Shown piece by piece: positions 1-10,071 of a stretch of 64,000 nt of DNA. The position numbers and the translations under genes are program-made. The stretch is from an uncultured Candidatus Poseidoniales archaeon. GTDB taxonomy: Archaea; Thermoplasmatota; Poseidoniia; Poseidoniales; Poseidoniaceae. The stretch is from assembly GCA_902605365.1 (NCBI GenBank), contig CACLCM010000001.1, positions 82,595 through 146,594 of the forward strand, written 5' to 3'. Numbering within the stretch: the stretch's first letter is position 1; each line of letters starts with the position of its first letter. The notes beneath the pieces are model-generated. The model was given only the letters and a program-made list of their open reading frames with translations, did not search any database and was not told the origin of the DNA.

Positions 1-816
1 GGGTCAGAGATTATGCAAACTGGAGACAGTTGTGAGATTACTAGAGATTTCATTGATGAAACAGGCCCTCGTTGGGACTTTGTAGGCACTAGGTCGATTA
101 TCGGTACACCATTCAAGGTCTTGGATTCTGATTACAAGTTGGATTGCAGTAACTGGCCAGCAGGTACCTACATCGTTAGCGAAACCTATCAAAATGGACT
201 AGGGCAAACCACTTCAGACACATTGGAATTAGTTATTGTTAACAAACCTCCTCCTCATTTTACAATTGAAATAAACGGTAACGATGCTTTGGTTGGAACT
301 CCATGTACCATTTCACACGTACAAGCAGCTGGCGAAAACCATGATGATTACACCAAAGATTGGATCATCACTCCATCCATAGGAATGGCTGCAAATGCAA
401 GTAGTTTGGACTGTTCAAAATGGGATTCTGGCGTTTACAAAATACTTCTCACTGTCACCAATGATGAGGAAATAAAAACCACTGGCGGAACTATGCTAAT
501 TAGAATGCCATCCCCTGATGTTACCACAGATGATGATGCTCCAGTACTATCCCGTGGTGAAGAAACTGAAACCTCAAATGTCGGAATTTTCGGAATCGGA
601 ATTTTGGCGCTTGTACTTGGAATTGCAGTATTTGTACTGATGATGAAGGGCCCTGAAGACGACCAAATGGGCAACATAATGCTAGATGAAATCGGCGAGC
701 CAGATGCAGAAGGATTACCAACTCACCTAGATGATAATGGAATGCTTTGGCGACGTCATGATGACGGTGAAATGGATTGGTGGGACCGTTCTTCTCTAAC
801 TTGGAAGAGGTGGTAA
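1..816 (+). CDS. C-terminal part of a surface/membrane-anchored Ig/PKD-like repeat protein (5'-truncated by window)
   Basis: Frame is open from base 1. Two similar 'LDCSxWxxGxY' beta-sandwich repeats, one TM helix (GIFGIGILALVLGIAVFVLMM), acidic tail ending in Trp-rich motif LWRRHDDGEMDWWDRSSLTWKRW. Confidence 0.75.
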   Translation, partial: GSEIMQTGDSCEITRDFIDETGPRWDFVGTRSIIGTPFKVLDSDYKLDCSNWPAGTYIVSETYQNGLGQTTSDTLELVIVNKPPPHFTIEINGNDALVGTPCTISHVQAAGENHDDYTKDWIITPSIGMAANASSLDCSKWDSGVYKILLTVTNDEEIKTTGGTMLIRMPSPDVTTDDDAPVLSRGEETETSNVGIFGIGILALVLGIAVFVLMMKGPEDDQMGNIMLDEIGEPDAEGLPTHLDDNGMLWRRHDDGEMDWWDRSSLTWKRW

Positions 817-817
817 A

Positions 818-1678
818 TTGTTACGAGACATTGCGTTTTGGACAATGATTCTCAGCGGTTCAGCTCTCCTAATAATGTTCGTTAAAGCCATGTGGAGGCG
901 GTATGTAAACCTCCAATCCCAAATCCCGGGTTTAGAAAAGAACTGGGTTCCTGATAATGCGCACCACTGCATAGCATCTTACAAAGGCTCGAAAGTTTCA
1001 TTGAAAAATGTTAGAGACTTCACTTGGAGCGGTAAGAGAGATCACGATTCTAAATGGATAGACACCAGTGTTGATGTCGACGACATCACAGATGTCTGGT
1101 ATGTAATAGACCATTTCCACAAGATAAAGGGACTTGCACATACTATGCTAACGTTCGAATTTGGTGATGGACAATTTATCACATTCTCTTTCGAAACTCG
1201 TAGAGAGGTTGGAGAGAGATATGACCCGTGGCGAGGTTTGTGGCGTGCCTTTGAATTATACTTGCTTGTAGCTACAGAAAGAGACGCACTGCACCTGAGA
1301 ACTAACGGCAGAAAGCACAAGGTTCACCTTTTCAGAGTTCAGACTCCTCCCGGTAAAGACAAGGCATTGTTCAACGCTTTATGTGACCGATTAAATTCTC
1401 TTGGAGAAAAACCTGAATGGTACCACACATTTGGTAAAACTTGTACAACGTCTATTGTAGACCAAGTCAACCTAATCACTCCTGGTCGAATTCCAAATAT
1501 GTGGAGGACATTGCTTCCTGGGCATTCTGCTAGAGCGGCATGGAAACTCAAGTTGATTGAGGACTGGGGTGGATACGAATCTACAGTCGAAGCATCAAGA
1601 GTTGATGAAAGAGCAAGAACCTGGGATGGTAAAGAAGAGTATTCACGATTTATCAGGGCGCATTTGCCTCCCAAATGA
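818..1678 (+). CDS. DUF4105 (Lnb N-terminal-like) domain protein
   Basis: N-terminal TM; motifs NVRDFTW, AHTMLTFEF, SFETRRE.GE.Y, ATERD, PEWYHT...CTT resemble DUF4105; TTG start. Confidence 0.7.
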   Translation: MLRDIAFWTMILSGSALLIMFVKAMWRRYVNLQSQIPGLEKNWVPDNAHHCIASYKGSKVSLKNVRDFTWSGKRDHDSKWIDTSVDVDDITDVWYVIDHFHKIKGLAHTMLTFEFGDGQFITFSFETRREVGERYDPWRGLWRAFELYLLVATERDALHLRTNGRKHKVHLFRVQTPPGKDKALFNALCDRLNSLGEKPEWYHTFGKTCTTSIVDQVNLITPGRIPNMWRTLLPGHSARAAWKLKLIEDWGGYESTVEASRVDERARTWDGKEEYSRFIRAHLPPK

Positions 1679-2231
1679 ATAGTAAATCCCCCGACTCGCG
1701 AGATACTTTCACCACATCTTCAGTGACCCTGTTTCCGACTCCTTTACTACCGGTTTGAACATCCTCTCCTGCAAGTTCAAATTCTACACCTGAGATTACA
1801 ACATCCTTAACTTCTCCAAATGCCATAATAGAACAAATTGAACCCTTTTCTAATTCGATTTCAAGTCCTTCTGAACCGACTCTACATGCTCTCCAATTAT
1901 CGAAGTATAGAATCGCATCAGATTCAGTTTCGAATAAAGTAGTAAATGACGCGATTTGATGGTCCAGTCTACCTCCAGAAATACCTACCACTGCATCAAC
2001 ATCATACCTTTTCAAAGCCTTTGACAAGTCTGTATTTTCTTGGTCTTTATCTGCCTCATATTTTTCAGGATTTGAGATTGAATCGAGGTCTCCAACAACA
2101 ACATCCCATGATTCAAAACGGTCAGCAGCTCCGTCTAATGCTATGATGAAATCAGCGGTTCCGATTAGGTCATTCACCAAGGATTCATCTCCCCAATTTC
2201 CGTTCGCCACAACTAGCACCATGCCGGCCAT
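1653..2231 (-). CDS. thiN: thiamine pyrophosphokinase
   Basis: Motifs IALDGAA, VGDLDSI, DQENTDL.KAL and GGRLDHQ of TPK/ThiN (Bacillus nomenclature). Confidence 0.85.
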   Translation of the reverse strand: MAGMVLVVANGNWGDESLVNDLIGTADFIIALDGAADRFESWDVVVGDLDSISNPEKYEADKDQENTDLSKALKRYDVDAVVGISGGRLDHQIASFTTLFETESDAILYFDNWRACRVGSEGLEIELEKGSICSIMAFGEVKDVVISGVEFELAGEDVQTGSKGVGNRVTEDVVKVSRESGDLLFIWEANAP

Positions 2232-2284
2232 GATTAGGGGACAATATTCTCCGATTCAAGCGGTTCGCTCCAATTCAACTATTT

Positions 2285-2305
2285 CGGCCCCCTTAAAGGG
2301 GGCCG
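2285..2305. promoter_or_regulatory. perfect 9-bp inverted repeat centred on TTAAA in a divergent intergenic region
   Basis: CGGCCCCCT-TAA-AGGGGGCCG between divergent thiN and the 2065-aa gene. Confidence 0.5.
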
Positions 2306-2345
2306 TGTAATCATCCCTTGGGAATAGTAATGTAGGACGGTAGAT

Positions 2346-5300
2346 GTGATGGAAGTTATGTCATGGAGAAACAAGGGTATACCCCTCGCGATTTTCGCTC
2401 TCTTTGTGATCCAAATTCTCGCCCCTATGGTCGCCCTTCCAACTCCTGAGTTGTCTTCGAAAAAGGCAACTCCGTCACAGTCTGTCGCATTTTCTAGTGG
2501 TTCAGGGCATGAATTACAAGGGGATTTAATCAGTATTGATGGCAAGAATTGGACAGTAAGAGGGGAATCTGTTCTAGATTATTGGGACTTGACTTCGCAT
2601 GATGTGGATGCTAACGTCTCAATGGACCTGATAGTTACCGAAGATGGTACAGGTTATGCTTGTTCAATCAATGGCACTGATGTAAACATGCATACCATTT
2701 CTCAGGACGGTAATTTTGAAACTCTCCTAGTCGAAACATTATCCGTTCAAGCCGATGAGTGTGCAATCGCAATAGGGATTCAACATCGAATTCAAATTGT
2801 GTACAATGTCGGTGATGACTTGCGATTGGCTAGGTTAGCAGAACCAAATGCAGTATATGCGGAAAGAACATGGCATTTGCGAACAATTGTTGAAGATGTA
2901 TTCAGTGGAGGACTAACCATTTCTCTAGATTCAGATTCAAAAACTCAAATCATATTCCAAGATGTCGATATGGCATTACATCACGTATGGTTCAACAGAG
3001 CGTACTGGAATAATACAATTCTAGACCAAGGGCCAGTCGATGACGACATAGAAGTCGAAATCGATTCCAATGGCATGTACCACATTCTCTACACAAACCC
3101 CTCTGAAGGTGAATTACGCTTGTTGAAATTCAATGATACAACTGAGACAAGACAAGTCTTAGCAAGAGGAAGTACGGTAACTTCTGCTATTGGTATGGAT
3201 CTTGATGTCAACGATATTGGGCAAATAACCTATTCGAAATCTGACGGATTAGGAAATAACACAATTTCACTACTGCGTAGTCTCGCTGGTAAGGATACTG
3301 GCAGAATTGACCCTGACCCAAAATGGCTCATCAATTATGATGATGATTCGGTCGAAGGAACCGTTGCAAGCGGTGATTTGAATGGCGATGGCAAGGACGA
3401 CTTGGTTTACACAGACCCTGAAGGAAATGGGACAATTTCAATTCACTACGGCTCTCCCGGCGGACCTGGAGCATTAGCTGACAGGATTTTGGTAGGTTCA
3501 TTTAGTGACTCAATGTTGGGCACTGGATTAGCGATTGGTGATTTCAATTGTGACGGGTTTGATGATATCGCTTCGAGTGAACCGGGCATGGCAATCAACA
3601 ACTCAGGCCACATCTCTATCAGGTTGGGCTCTTCCTCTGGAGTAGCCACCGATGCATGGTGGGAAATGAATGGTAGCGATGATGACAACCTTGGATGGTC
3701 TTTGACATCTTTAGGAGATGTAGAATCAGATGGATGTACTGACTTGGCAGTCGTTGCTGACAAATTAATCGAAGAGAATGCTCAAGCGACATTAACTAAG
3801 AATGGATTAGTAATGGTTCTCAAAGGAAATGCAACCTCTATGATTCACCATGGTAATGTAACACAATCTGAATTTGGTTCCATGTTTGGACGTCAAGTCA
3901 TTGGAAACGGTGACATAAATGGTGATGGTTTCCTAGATATGGTTGTCTCCAATACAGGTAGTCTAGATACTCCAACTGGATATTCTTCTGTAGAATTCTT
4001 CTTTGGCAATTCTACCGGTATTGTTCTCAATAGTACAGGCAATACGCATGCTCCACTCGATACGGGTAAGTTGTATGGTGTTGAAATGGCATTCATAGGG
4101 GATGTTAATGGCGATGGTTTTGATGATATTTTAATCAGCGAATTATATGCTCAAACAACACCTTTCCATTCAGGAAAGGTCCACATGTGGGCAGGCTCTA
4201 GTACAGGACCAATTGCCGGTACATGGAGTCTGAAAGGTAGCTATGCCAATCAATTATTGGGACAAACAATTTCTCCTGCAGGGGATATTAATGAAGATGG
4301 ATTTGATGATTTCTTATTGATGTCGCCATCTAGTGCCAAGTCAGGAAATATCGACCTTTACCTCGGTTCTTCCAATGGTCCTAGAACCGATACTCAATTA
4401 TTCGCTCAAGGCTCCAATGGTGAGAATGTCGGATTGAATATTCTTTCAGGCATTGACTTAGATGGGGATGGAATGGGAGAAATTCTTTACTCTTCTAGAA
4501 ACTTAACTCGTGGTGATGAGTTCGGCCCACTACTAACCATAATGTCAGAAAGGGATTGGGAGTACGTCGATTTCTCATTCGACAATCCAGTTGTTGGAAT
4601 CGATATGCATACTCCTCTTCGAGGTAGCCCTTCGATGATGGTAATGCTTTCAGATTCCAGTGTCAATCTTGTTGAAAATACCCTAGATGGAACTCCTTCA
4701 GGGCGATGGGTGACACGAGCACTAACTACAGCAAACGACGCTCACATGGGCATTTCTAGTTCAGGCAAACCGTTGTTCATTCTAATTACCTCAGATAGTT
4801 CACTTGCTACAATGACCGTTGAAGGAAACACAGGCCTAGATTATTCACTGAACTCGGGAACTGGACTGGGCAAATTAATGGGTTCAGATATCGATTCTAA
4901 CGGTTATCAGAGGATTGGCCATGCCTCTCCTGGATTCTCATCAATCTTCTACACCGAAGAGGGAGCAGATGGTTTCACAACCAGTACAATGCGTACAGGG
5001 ATTGATTTAATTCACCCAATCAATATGTTCGTCGATGGGGATGAACTGTCTAGAATGGTATACGTTGATGATGAGAATATGGTCACATTAGCTACCCTAG
5101 ATGGCACCTGGAGCGAAGAATCAATCCTCAATACAACAATTGGAGATGACTTCGACTCAATCTGGGTAGATGATACTCTTCTATTCATTCAAGTTGCGAA
5201 TTCTTCAAACTCTACAGCACTACAATTAGTTGAATATCATAATGGGACCTCTACGGTCACAGATATCGCCAATGCTTCGACTAGTGCTGAAATAGAAATC

Positions 5301-8300
5301 TCTGATGGAGTCGATGACAAGTTGGTAATATCACTAATGGATTCCAATCAGCTAACCGTTTATGAGAGGGAAAGGTTTGGAACAGGCGACAATTGGAGTG
5401 TTGCAAAACAAATAGGGTTGGTTGCTAGTGACAATTACAATATGGCAATGGCTGGGCAGATCATCATCTTCGATGCAAATAATTCCGCCTCTCAAGGAAT
5501 CATAATCGAGGATAGTGGTAATTGGAGTTTAAGTTCTCTAGAAGTTCCTGATAGCATGACTGAGTATTATTTGTCACAGACCCAAGAAAGGTGGCATCTA
5601 ACCACTACCGATTCCTCAAACCAATTGGTTTGGACAACAGGCACAGTAAATGAAACTTCAACTACTGGCATTCAAACCTCAACCGTATTCCCTTCCATTA
5701 CCACAGATTACGTCGTTCCAGTACTGGATGTAGAAGGAACTCTAATGATGGCTTATTCCCAATCTTCAACAGATGATTTCCTCCTGATGAGGATGGTTAG
5801 TGATTTAGATAGAGACCTTATTCCTGATTCCCATGATGACTTGCCAATGCTTGGCAATCAATGGCAAGATTCTGATTTAGATGGCTTTGGAGACAATTCA
5901 TTAGGACCATCATCTGATGAATGCCCATCTTCATTTGGATTATCGACCTATGACCGAAACGGCTGTGATGATTATGACGAAGATGGTTGGTCAGACATCA
6001 TAGATGACTGTGCAAACGATGACGGGACATCTTGGTGGGGTTACTATGGATGTGATGATTATGACCAAGATGGTTGGGCTGACAATGACGCAACATTCGT
6101 AGATGGAGATAGATATCCAACAAATTGGAAACAAGCTCTAGATTCAGATCGTGACTCTTTCGGCGATAACCATGGTCCTGATTGTTGTGATGTAACCGTC
6201 TTGGGCTCGGTAGAAAGCAGCGTTCCTGACCTATTCCCATACAACCGTATGCAATGGGAAGACAATGACAATGATGGTTATGGAGATAATTATTCGGATA
6301 TAGAATTTGGAGACAAGTGTTTCTGGATTCAAGGATTCTCATGGAGAGATCGACTTGGCTGTGTAGATACAGATGGTGATGGTGCTTCAGACCCATCTGA
6401 CATTGGAACAAGCAAAGAGTGGACTGAGGAAGATGGCGCTGATTGGTGGCCAAATGATAGTACACAATGGGCTGATAGTGATGGGGATGGATATGGAGAT
6501 AATTCATCAGATGGAGCAACTCTTCCAGATAAATTCCCTACAAACCCTTCAGCAGCAAATGATACCGATAACGATGGCTATCCAAATAATTGGACTGCAC
6601 TGGATAATGGTACTAATCGAGCAGGCCTTATGCTAGATAGTTGCCCTAATGAGGCAGGTAATTCTACTTCGTCAGTAGACTCATCTGGTCTGATAGTCTC
6701 CTACTATGGCTGTACTGATACAGATGGTGACGGTCGAGAAGACTCAGCAGATGCTTTCCCAGATGACCCTACACAAATGGCAGATACAGATGGTGACGGC
6801 TGGGGAGATAACCAGCAAGGAAGTGACCCTGATAGATGCCCGTATGACTTCGGTGTAATCAACGGAACCAATGGAGTAGGCTGTCCTATAATCGGTGAAG
6901 AAAGTGATTATGACCAAGATGGTGTATCTGATGATTTCGACGATTGTAATAATACTCAAGCCGGACAACCTGTTGATGAAATTGGATGTTCAGATTATCA
7001 AAAGGATACTGACCAAGATTATGTTTCAGACGCAGAGGATATGTGCCCAAGCACTCCTATCGGTGAAGATGTTGACAGTGTCGGATGTTCAGATAGCCAG
7101 AATCTAGTCGATTCTGATGAAGATGGAATCTTTGACCCCTATGACCTATGTCCAGACTCAAATCCGCAATTAACAATCGATGAAAATGGTTGTAACTTGG
7201 CTCAAAAGGATACTGATGGGGATGGAGTTAACGACCTGATGGATGATTGTCCAGGCACTGAAGCAGGCATACCAGTTCTGTCCGATGGCTGCTTAGATGA
7301 AGCTGCTTTAGCGGAAGATATCGATGGTGATGGCTTCAAAGGCCCTTACTCTTACAATCCAGATAATGAAACTCATGAAGGCGATGCTTTCCCACTAGAT
7401 CCTACTCAGTGGCACGATATGGATGGAGATGGATATGGAGATTCACAAGCACCTGGCGCCAACAATTCTGATGATTGTCCTGAAGAATGGGGCAATTCAA
7501 CAATGAAATCTCGCTTCGGATGTTTAGACACAGATGGAGATGGATATCACGACTATCTTGGAGATGACAAATTCCCTGCGGATGGTACGCAATGGGAAGA
7601 TAGAGATCTGGATAGTTGGGGTGATAACCCTGATGGAAATGATGCAGACCAATGTTTGAACACTAGTACTGCAGGGGACCGAACAGAACAAGCAAGAATC
7701 AACTTTGGTTGTGCAGATTACCAATCTGATAGCGACAATGACGGAGTAACCGATGATGCTGATGCTTGTCCAGGAACTGTAGCTGGAGCGGAAGTTTACC
7801 CTAGTGGCTGTAAGAAAGAAACACAGGCAGAACCTGAATCTGAAGATGATTTAATCATGGGTATGGATTCAATGACCTTCTTTGCTATTGTTGGAGGAGG
7901 AGGACTTGTCATCATTGTACTGATAGTTTTCATAATTTCTAGAGTCCGAGGCGGAGATGACTTTGACTTCGATGATGATGATTGGGATGAAGACGACGAT
8001 GACGACGATGATGACTTCATGTCAAATATTCTCGGAAGAGGCCAATCACGTGGACCTCCTAGTAATGCAGGTCCAAGTCGAGGCCCACCTAGCCAAGCAG
8101 GACCAAGCCGAGGCCCTGGTGGCCCTAGTAGAGGCCCCCCTAGCCAAGCAGGACCAAGCCGTGGCCCAGGTGGCCCTAGTAGAGGCCCCCCTGGTGGAGC
8201 GGGACCTAGTAGAGGTCTTCCAAGCGCTGCAGGGCCGAGTCGAGGCCCCGGTGGCCCAAGTAGAGGTCCAGGCGGCCCAAGTCGAGGCCCAGGAGGTCCG

Positions 8301-8543
8301 AGTAAAGGTAAGAAGGTCGCCAAGCGTAAACCAATTGGCGATGCTAATGCTCGAAAGGCAGTAGCAGAGATGGATCCTGATTTATTCGCTCCTCAAGAAT
8401 TAGATGATAGAACTGCAGCAATCGATTGGACAAAGGGTGCTTTGAAAGACGGTGAAACAGAACGAACAATCCTAATGCAACTCCAAACTACTGGTTGGTC
8501 TGCTCCACAATCCAGAGCAATCATTGATTTGTCCAAACAATGA
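2346..8543 (+). CDS. giant surface protein: FG-GAP/integrin-alpha-like propeller, thrombospondin type-3 Ca-binding repeats, TM helix, Gly-Pro cytoplasmic tail
   Basis: Signal peptide; repeated GD(L/I/V)NGDG.DD and FG/LG motifs; many D.D.DG..D..D.CP repeats; TM near 7860-7935; GPSRGP repeats. Start may be ATG 2349 or 2358. Confidence 0.85.
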   Translation: MMEVMSWRNKGIPLAIFALFVIQILAPMVALPTPELSSKKATPSQSVAFSSGSGHELQGDLISIDGKNWTVRGESVLDYWDLTSHDVDANVSMDLIVTEDGTGYACSINGTDVNMHTISQDGNFETLLVETLSVQADECAIAIGIQHRIQIVYNVGDDLRLARLAEPNAVYAERTWHLRTIVEDVFSGGLTISLDSDSKTQIIFQDVDMALHHVWFNRAYWNNTILDQGPVDDDIEVEIDSNGMYHILYTNPSEGELRLLKFNDTTETRQVLARGSTVTSAIGMDLDVNDIGQITYSKSDGLGNNTISLLRSLAGKDTGRIDPDPKWLINYDDDSVEGTVASGDLNGDGKDDLVYTDPEGNGTISIHYGSPGGPGALADRILVGSFSDSMLGTGLAIGDFNCDGFDDIASSEPGMAINNSGHISIRLGSSSGVATDAWWEMNGSDDDNLGWSLTSLGDVESDGCTDLAVVADKLIEENAQATLTKNGLVMVLKGNATSMIHHGNVTQSEFGSMFGRQVIGNGDINGDGFLDMVVSNTGSLDTPTGYSSVEFFFGNSTGIVLNSTGNTHAPLDTGKLYGVEMAFIGDVNGDGFDDILISELYAQTTPFHSGKVHMWAGSSTGPIAGTWSLKGSYANQLLGQTISPAGDINEDGFDDFLLMSPSSAKSGNIDLYLGSSNGPRTDTQLFAQGSNGENVGLNILSGIDLDGDGMGEILYSSRNLTRGDEFGPLLTIMSERDWEYVDFSFDNPVVGIDMHTPLRGSPSMMVMLSDSSVNLVENTLDGTPSGRWVTRALTTANDAHMGISSSGKPLFILITSDSSLATMTVEGNTGLDYSLNSGTGLGKLMGSDIDSNGYQRIGHASPGFSSIFYTEEGADGFTTSTMRTGIDLIHPINMFVDGDELSRMVYVDDENMVTLATLDGTWSEESILNTTIGDDFDSIWVDDTLLFIQVANSSNSTALQLVEYHNGTSTVTDIANASTSAEIEISDGVDDKLVISLMDSNQLTVYERERFGTGDNWSVAKQIGLVASDNYNMAMAGQIIIFDANNSASQGIIIEDSGNWSLSSLEVPDSMTEYYLSQTQERWHLTTTDSSNQLVWTTGTVNETSTTGIQTSTVFPSITTDYVVPVLDVEGTLMMAYSQSSTDDFLLMRMVSDLDRDLIPDSHDDLPMLGNQWQDSDLDGFGDNSLGPSSDECPSSFGLSTYDRNGCDDYDEDGWSDIIDDCANDDGTSWWGYYGCDDYDQDGWADNDATFVDGDRYPTNWKQALDSDRDSFGDNHGPDCCDVTVLGSVESSVPDLFPYNRMQWEDNDNDGYGDNYSDIEFGDKCFWIQGFSWRDRLGCVDTDGDGASDPSDIGTSKEWTEEDGADWWPNDSTQWADSDGDGYGDNSSDGATLPDKFPTNPSAANDTDNDGYPNNWTALDNGTNRAGLMLDSCPNEAGNSTSSVDSSGLIVSYYGCTDTDGDGREDSADAFPDDPTQMADTDGDGWGDNQQGSDPDRCPYDFGVINGTNGVGCPIIGEESDYDQDGVSDDFDDCNNTQAGQPVDEIGCSDYQKDTDQDYVSDAEDMCPSTPIGEDVDSVGCSDSQNLVDSDEDGIFDPYDLCPDSNPQLTIDENGCNLAQKDTDGDGVNDLMDDCPGTEAGIPVLSDGCLDEAALAEDIDGDGFKGPYSYNPDNETHEGDAFPLDPTQWHDMDGDGYGDSQAPGANNSDDCPEEWGNSTMKSRFGCLDTDGDGYHDYLGDDKFPADGTQWEDRDLDSWGDNPDGNDADQCLNTSTAGDRTEQARINFGCADYQSDSDNDGVTDDADACPGTVAGAEVYPSGCKKETQAEPESEDDLIMGMDSMTFFAIVGGGGLVIIVLIVFIISRVRGGDDFDFDDDDWDEDDDDDDDDFMSNILGRGQSRGPPSNAGPSRGPPSQAGPSRGPGGPSRGPPSQAGPSRGPGGPSRGPPGGAGPSRGLPSAAGPSRGPGGPSRGPGGPSRGPGGPSKGKKVAKRKPIGDANARKAVAEMDPDLFAPQELDDRTAAIDWTKGALKDGETERTILMQLQTTGWSAPQSRAIIDLSKQ
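8040..8305 (+). repeat. in-frame tandem repeats encoding GPSRGP(P/G)
   Basis: About 10 copies of GPSRG(P/L) with synonymous codon variation; local GC spike. Confidence 0.9.
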
Positions 8544-8610
8544 GGAATTATTAGTAAGGCATCAGGCTCAATAAGTGCGGACAGTTGGAAGGGAAGAGGA
8601 GAGGGAATTC

Positions 8611-10071
8611 ATGAGTGACGATGTTGCCGATGTCTCGATGCCAGAGGGTATCGAAGTCGATGATGCCGCTGCTTATTTCGGAGTATTCGAATCATCAGAT
8701 GCCCTTCATCAGATGATGGAGATGTCTCGTGAAGATGCTTTTGAGAAATTCTTTGCTCTGTTGTCAGACCTTGTACTCAAACCAGGAGACTTCGATTTTC
8801 AACTAGCCAGCGAGAGACTATCTTGTGAAGGAGGAGAGATCTATTTCCTCGTGGCAGGACATCTTGGAGTTATGTCTTTGCCAGAACAACTTTCATTGGC
8901 CATTAGTGAAGGACAATTTTCTGATGATGATTCCAAGTTATTGAGCGAGATAGCAGATCCGATGCGATTGCTAAAATTATTCGCTATCGCTCAGCAGACT
9001 GGAGGAGAGGGTGAAGCGACAAAATATCTCAAAGGTGTCGAATCTTTGATGTCAAACCCAGCAGCGAATAAGGATGCTTTACTTTCACTAGCGAGTGAAG
9101 TACAAGCAGCATTCGATGTCGCAGGACATGTAACACCTATCGCTAGTTTGTCTAGCGGAAGTGCTATCGCCAAAGAAGTCGAAGCAGCATACGTTACACC
9201 AACTCCAAAAGTTGTAGAAACCAAGCCTAAGGTAAAGCCAAAAGCAATTGAGACAGAGCCAGTGATAGTACCTGAGCCTGAACCTGAACCAGTATCAGTT
9301 CCACTTCCAACGCAGCAGGAGACAGCTCCTGTGGTTAACGATGTACCAGTTCCACTTCCAGAAATAGAAAAACCAAAGGTGGAAGTTGATGTTCGCAAAG
9401 ACTCAGAGAAAACTGAAGATGCGTTCGCAGGAGCCTTTGGAATGGTTGAGGAAGAGCCCGAACCTGAACCTGAACCCGAACCAGAGCCGGAGCCAGAGCC
9501 AGAGCCAGAGCCAGAAATGGAGGCTGAACCTGAACCGACTCTTGATGATGCCTTCGAAGCAGCAGATACTAACCAAAGTGGTGGCCTATCTATTGAAGAA
9601 GTGGTTCAAGCGACTGGTTTAGATGTTGAAGAAGCTACCAAACTACATGCTGAAGCCGATATCGATGGTGATGGAGAAGTTACTCTTGAAGAATTAAAAT
9701 CTAAGCCAGAGGTTATCGAAAAGATGGCTTTGCCTAAACCAGTAAAACCGGTCAGGGCAGGAATTCAAAATCCTCAACCAGTTCAACCACAGCAACAGCA
9801 ACAACAGGCTTGGGCTCAACAGCAGCAGCAACAGCAGCAGCAACAGGCTTGGGCTCAACAGCAGCAGCAACAGCAGCAACAGGCTTGGGCTCAGCAGCAA
9901 CAGCAGCAGCAGGCTTGGGCTCAGCAACAGCAGCAACAACAGCAAGGATGGAACCAACCAGTTCAACCGATGCAGCCTACAATTCGTTCAGGAATCCATT
10001 GTAGGGGTTGCCGAATTGGAGTTGACCCTAACTGGCGTTTCTGCCCAGTATGTGGTACTCAAATCCGTTGA
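8611..10071 (+). CDS. EF-hand pair + Pro/Glu and Gln-rich low-complexity + C-terminal zinc-ribbon protein
   Basis: EF loops DTNQSGGLSIEE and DIDGDGEVTLEE; (EP)n; QQQQAWAQ repeats; C..C...C..C ribbon. ATG 8611 preferred over GTG 8575. Confidence 0.75.
   Translation: MSDDVADVSMPEGIEVDDAAAYFGVFESSDALHQMMEMSREDAFEKFFALLSDLVLKPGDFDFQLASERLSCEGGEIYFLVAGHLGVMSLPEQLSLAISEGQFSDDDSKLLSEIADPMRLLKLFAIAQQTGGEGEATKYLKGVESLMSNPAANKDALLSLASEVQAAFDVAGHVTPIASLSSGSAIAKEVEAAYVTPTPKVVETKPKVKPKAIETEPVIVPEPEPEPVSVPLPTQQETAPVVNDVPVPLPEIEKPKVEVDVRKDSEKTEDAFAGAFGMVEEEPEPEPEPEPEPEPEPEPEPEMEAEPEPTLDDAFEAADTNQSGGLSIEEVVQATGLDVEEATKLHAEADIDGDGEVTLEELKSKPEVIEKMALPKPVKPVRAGIQNPQPVQPQQQQQQAWAQQQQQQQQQQAWAQQQQQQQQQAWAQQQQQQQAWAQQQQQQQQGWNQPVQPMQPTIRSGIHCRGCRIGVDPNWRFCPVCGTQIR
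9451..9540 (+). repeat. (Glu-Pro)n coding repeat
   Basis: gaacct/gagcca hexamer tandem array. Confidence 0.9.
9785..9947 (+). repeat. poly-Gln with four AWAQ units (CAG/CAA repeat)
   Basis: caggcttgggctca repeated 4 times, separated by CAR runs. Confidence 0.9.

Noticed and set aside
7796..8323. Antisense collagen-like Gly-Pro ORF
   Set aside because: GGN/CCN codon symmetry of the GPSRGP repeat produces it; the sense repeat also lacks strict Gly-X-Y periodicity.
9694..9966. Antisense poly-Leu ORF
   Set aside because: Reverse complement of the CAG/CAA polyQ tract.
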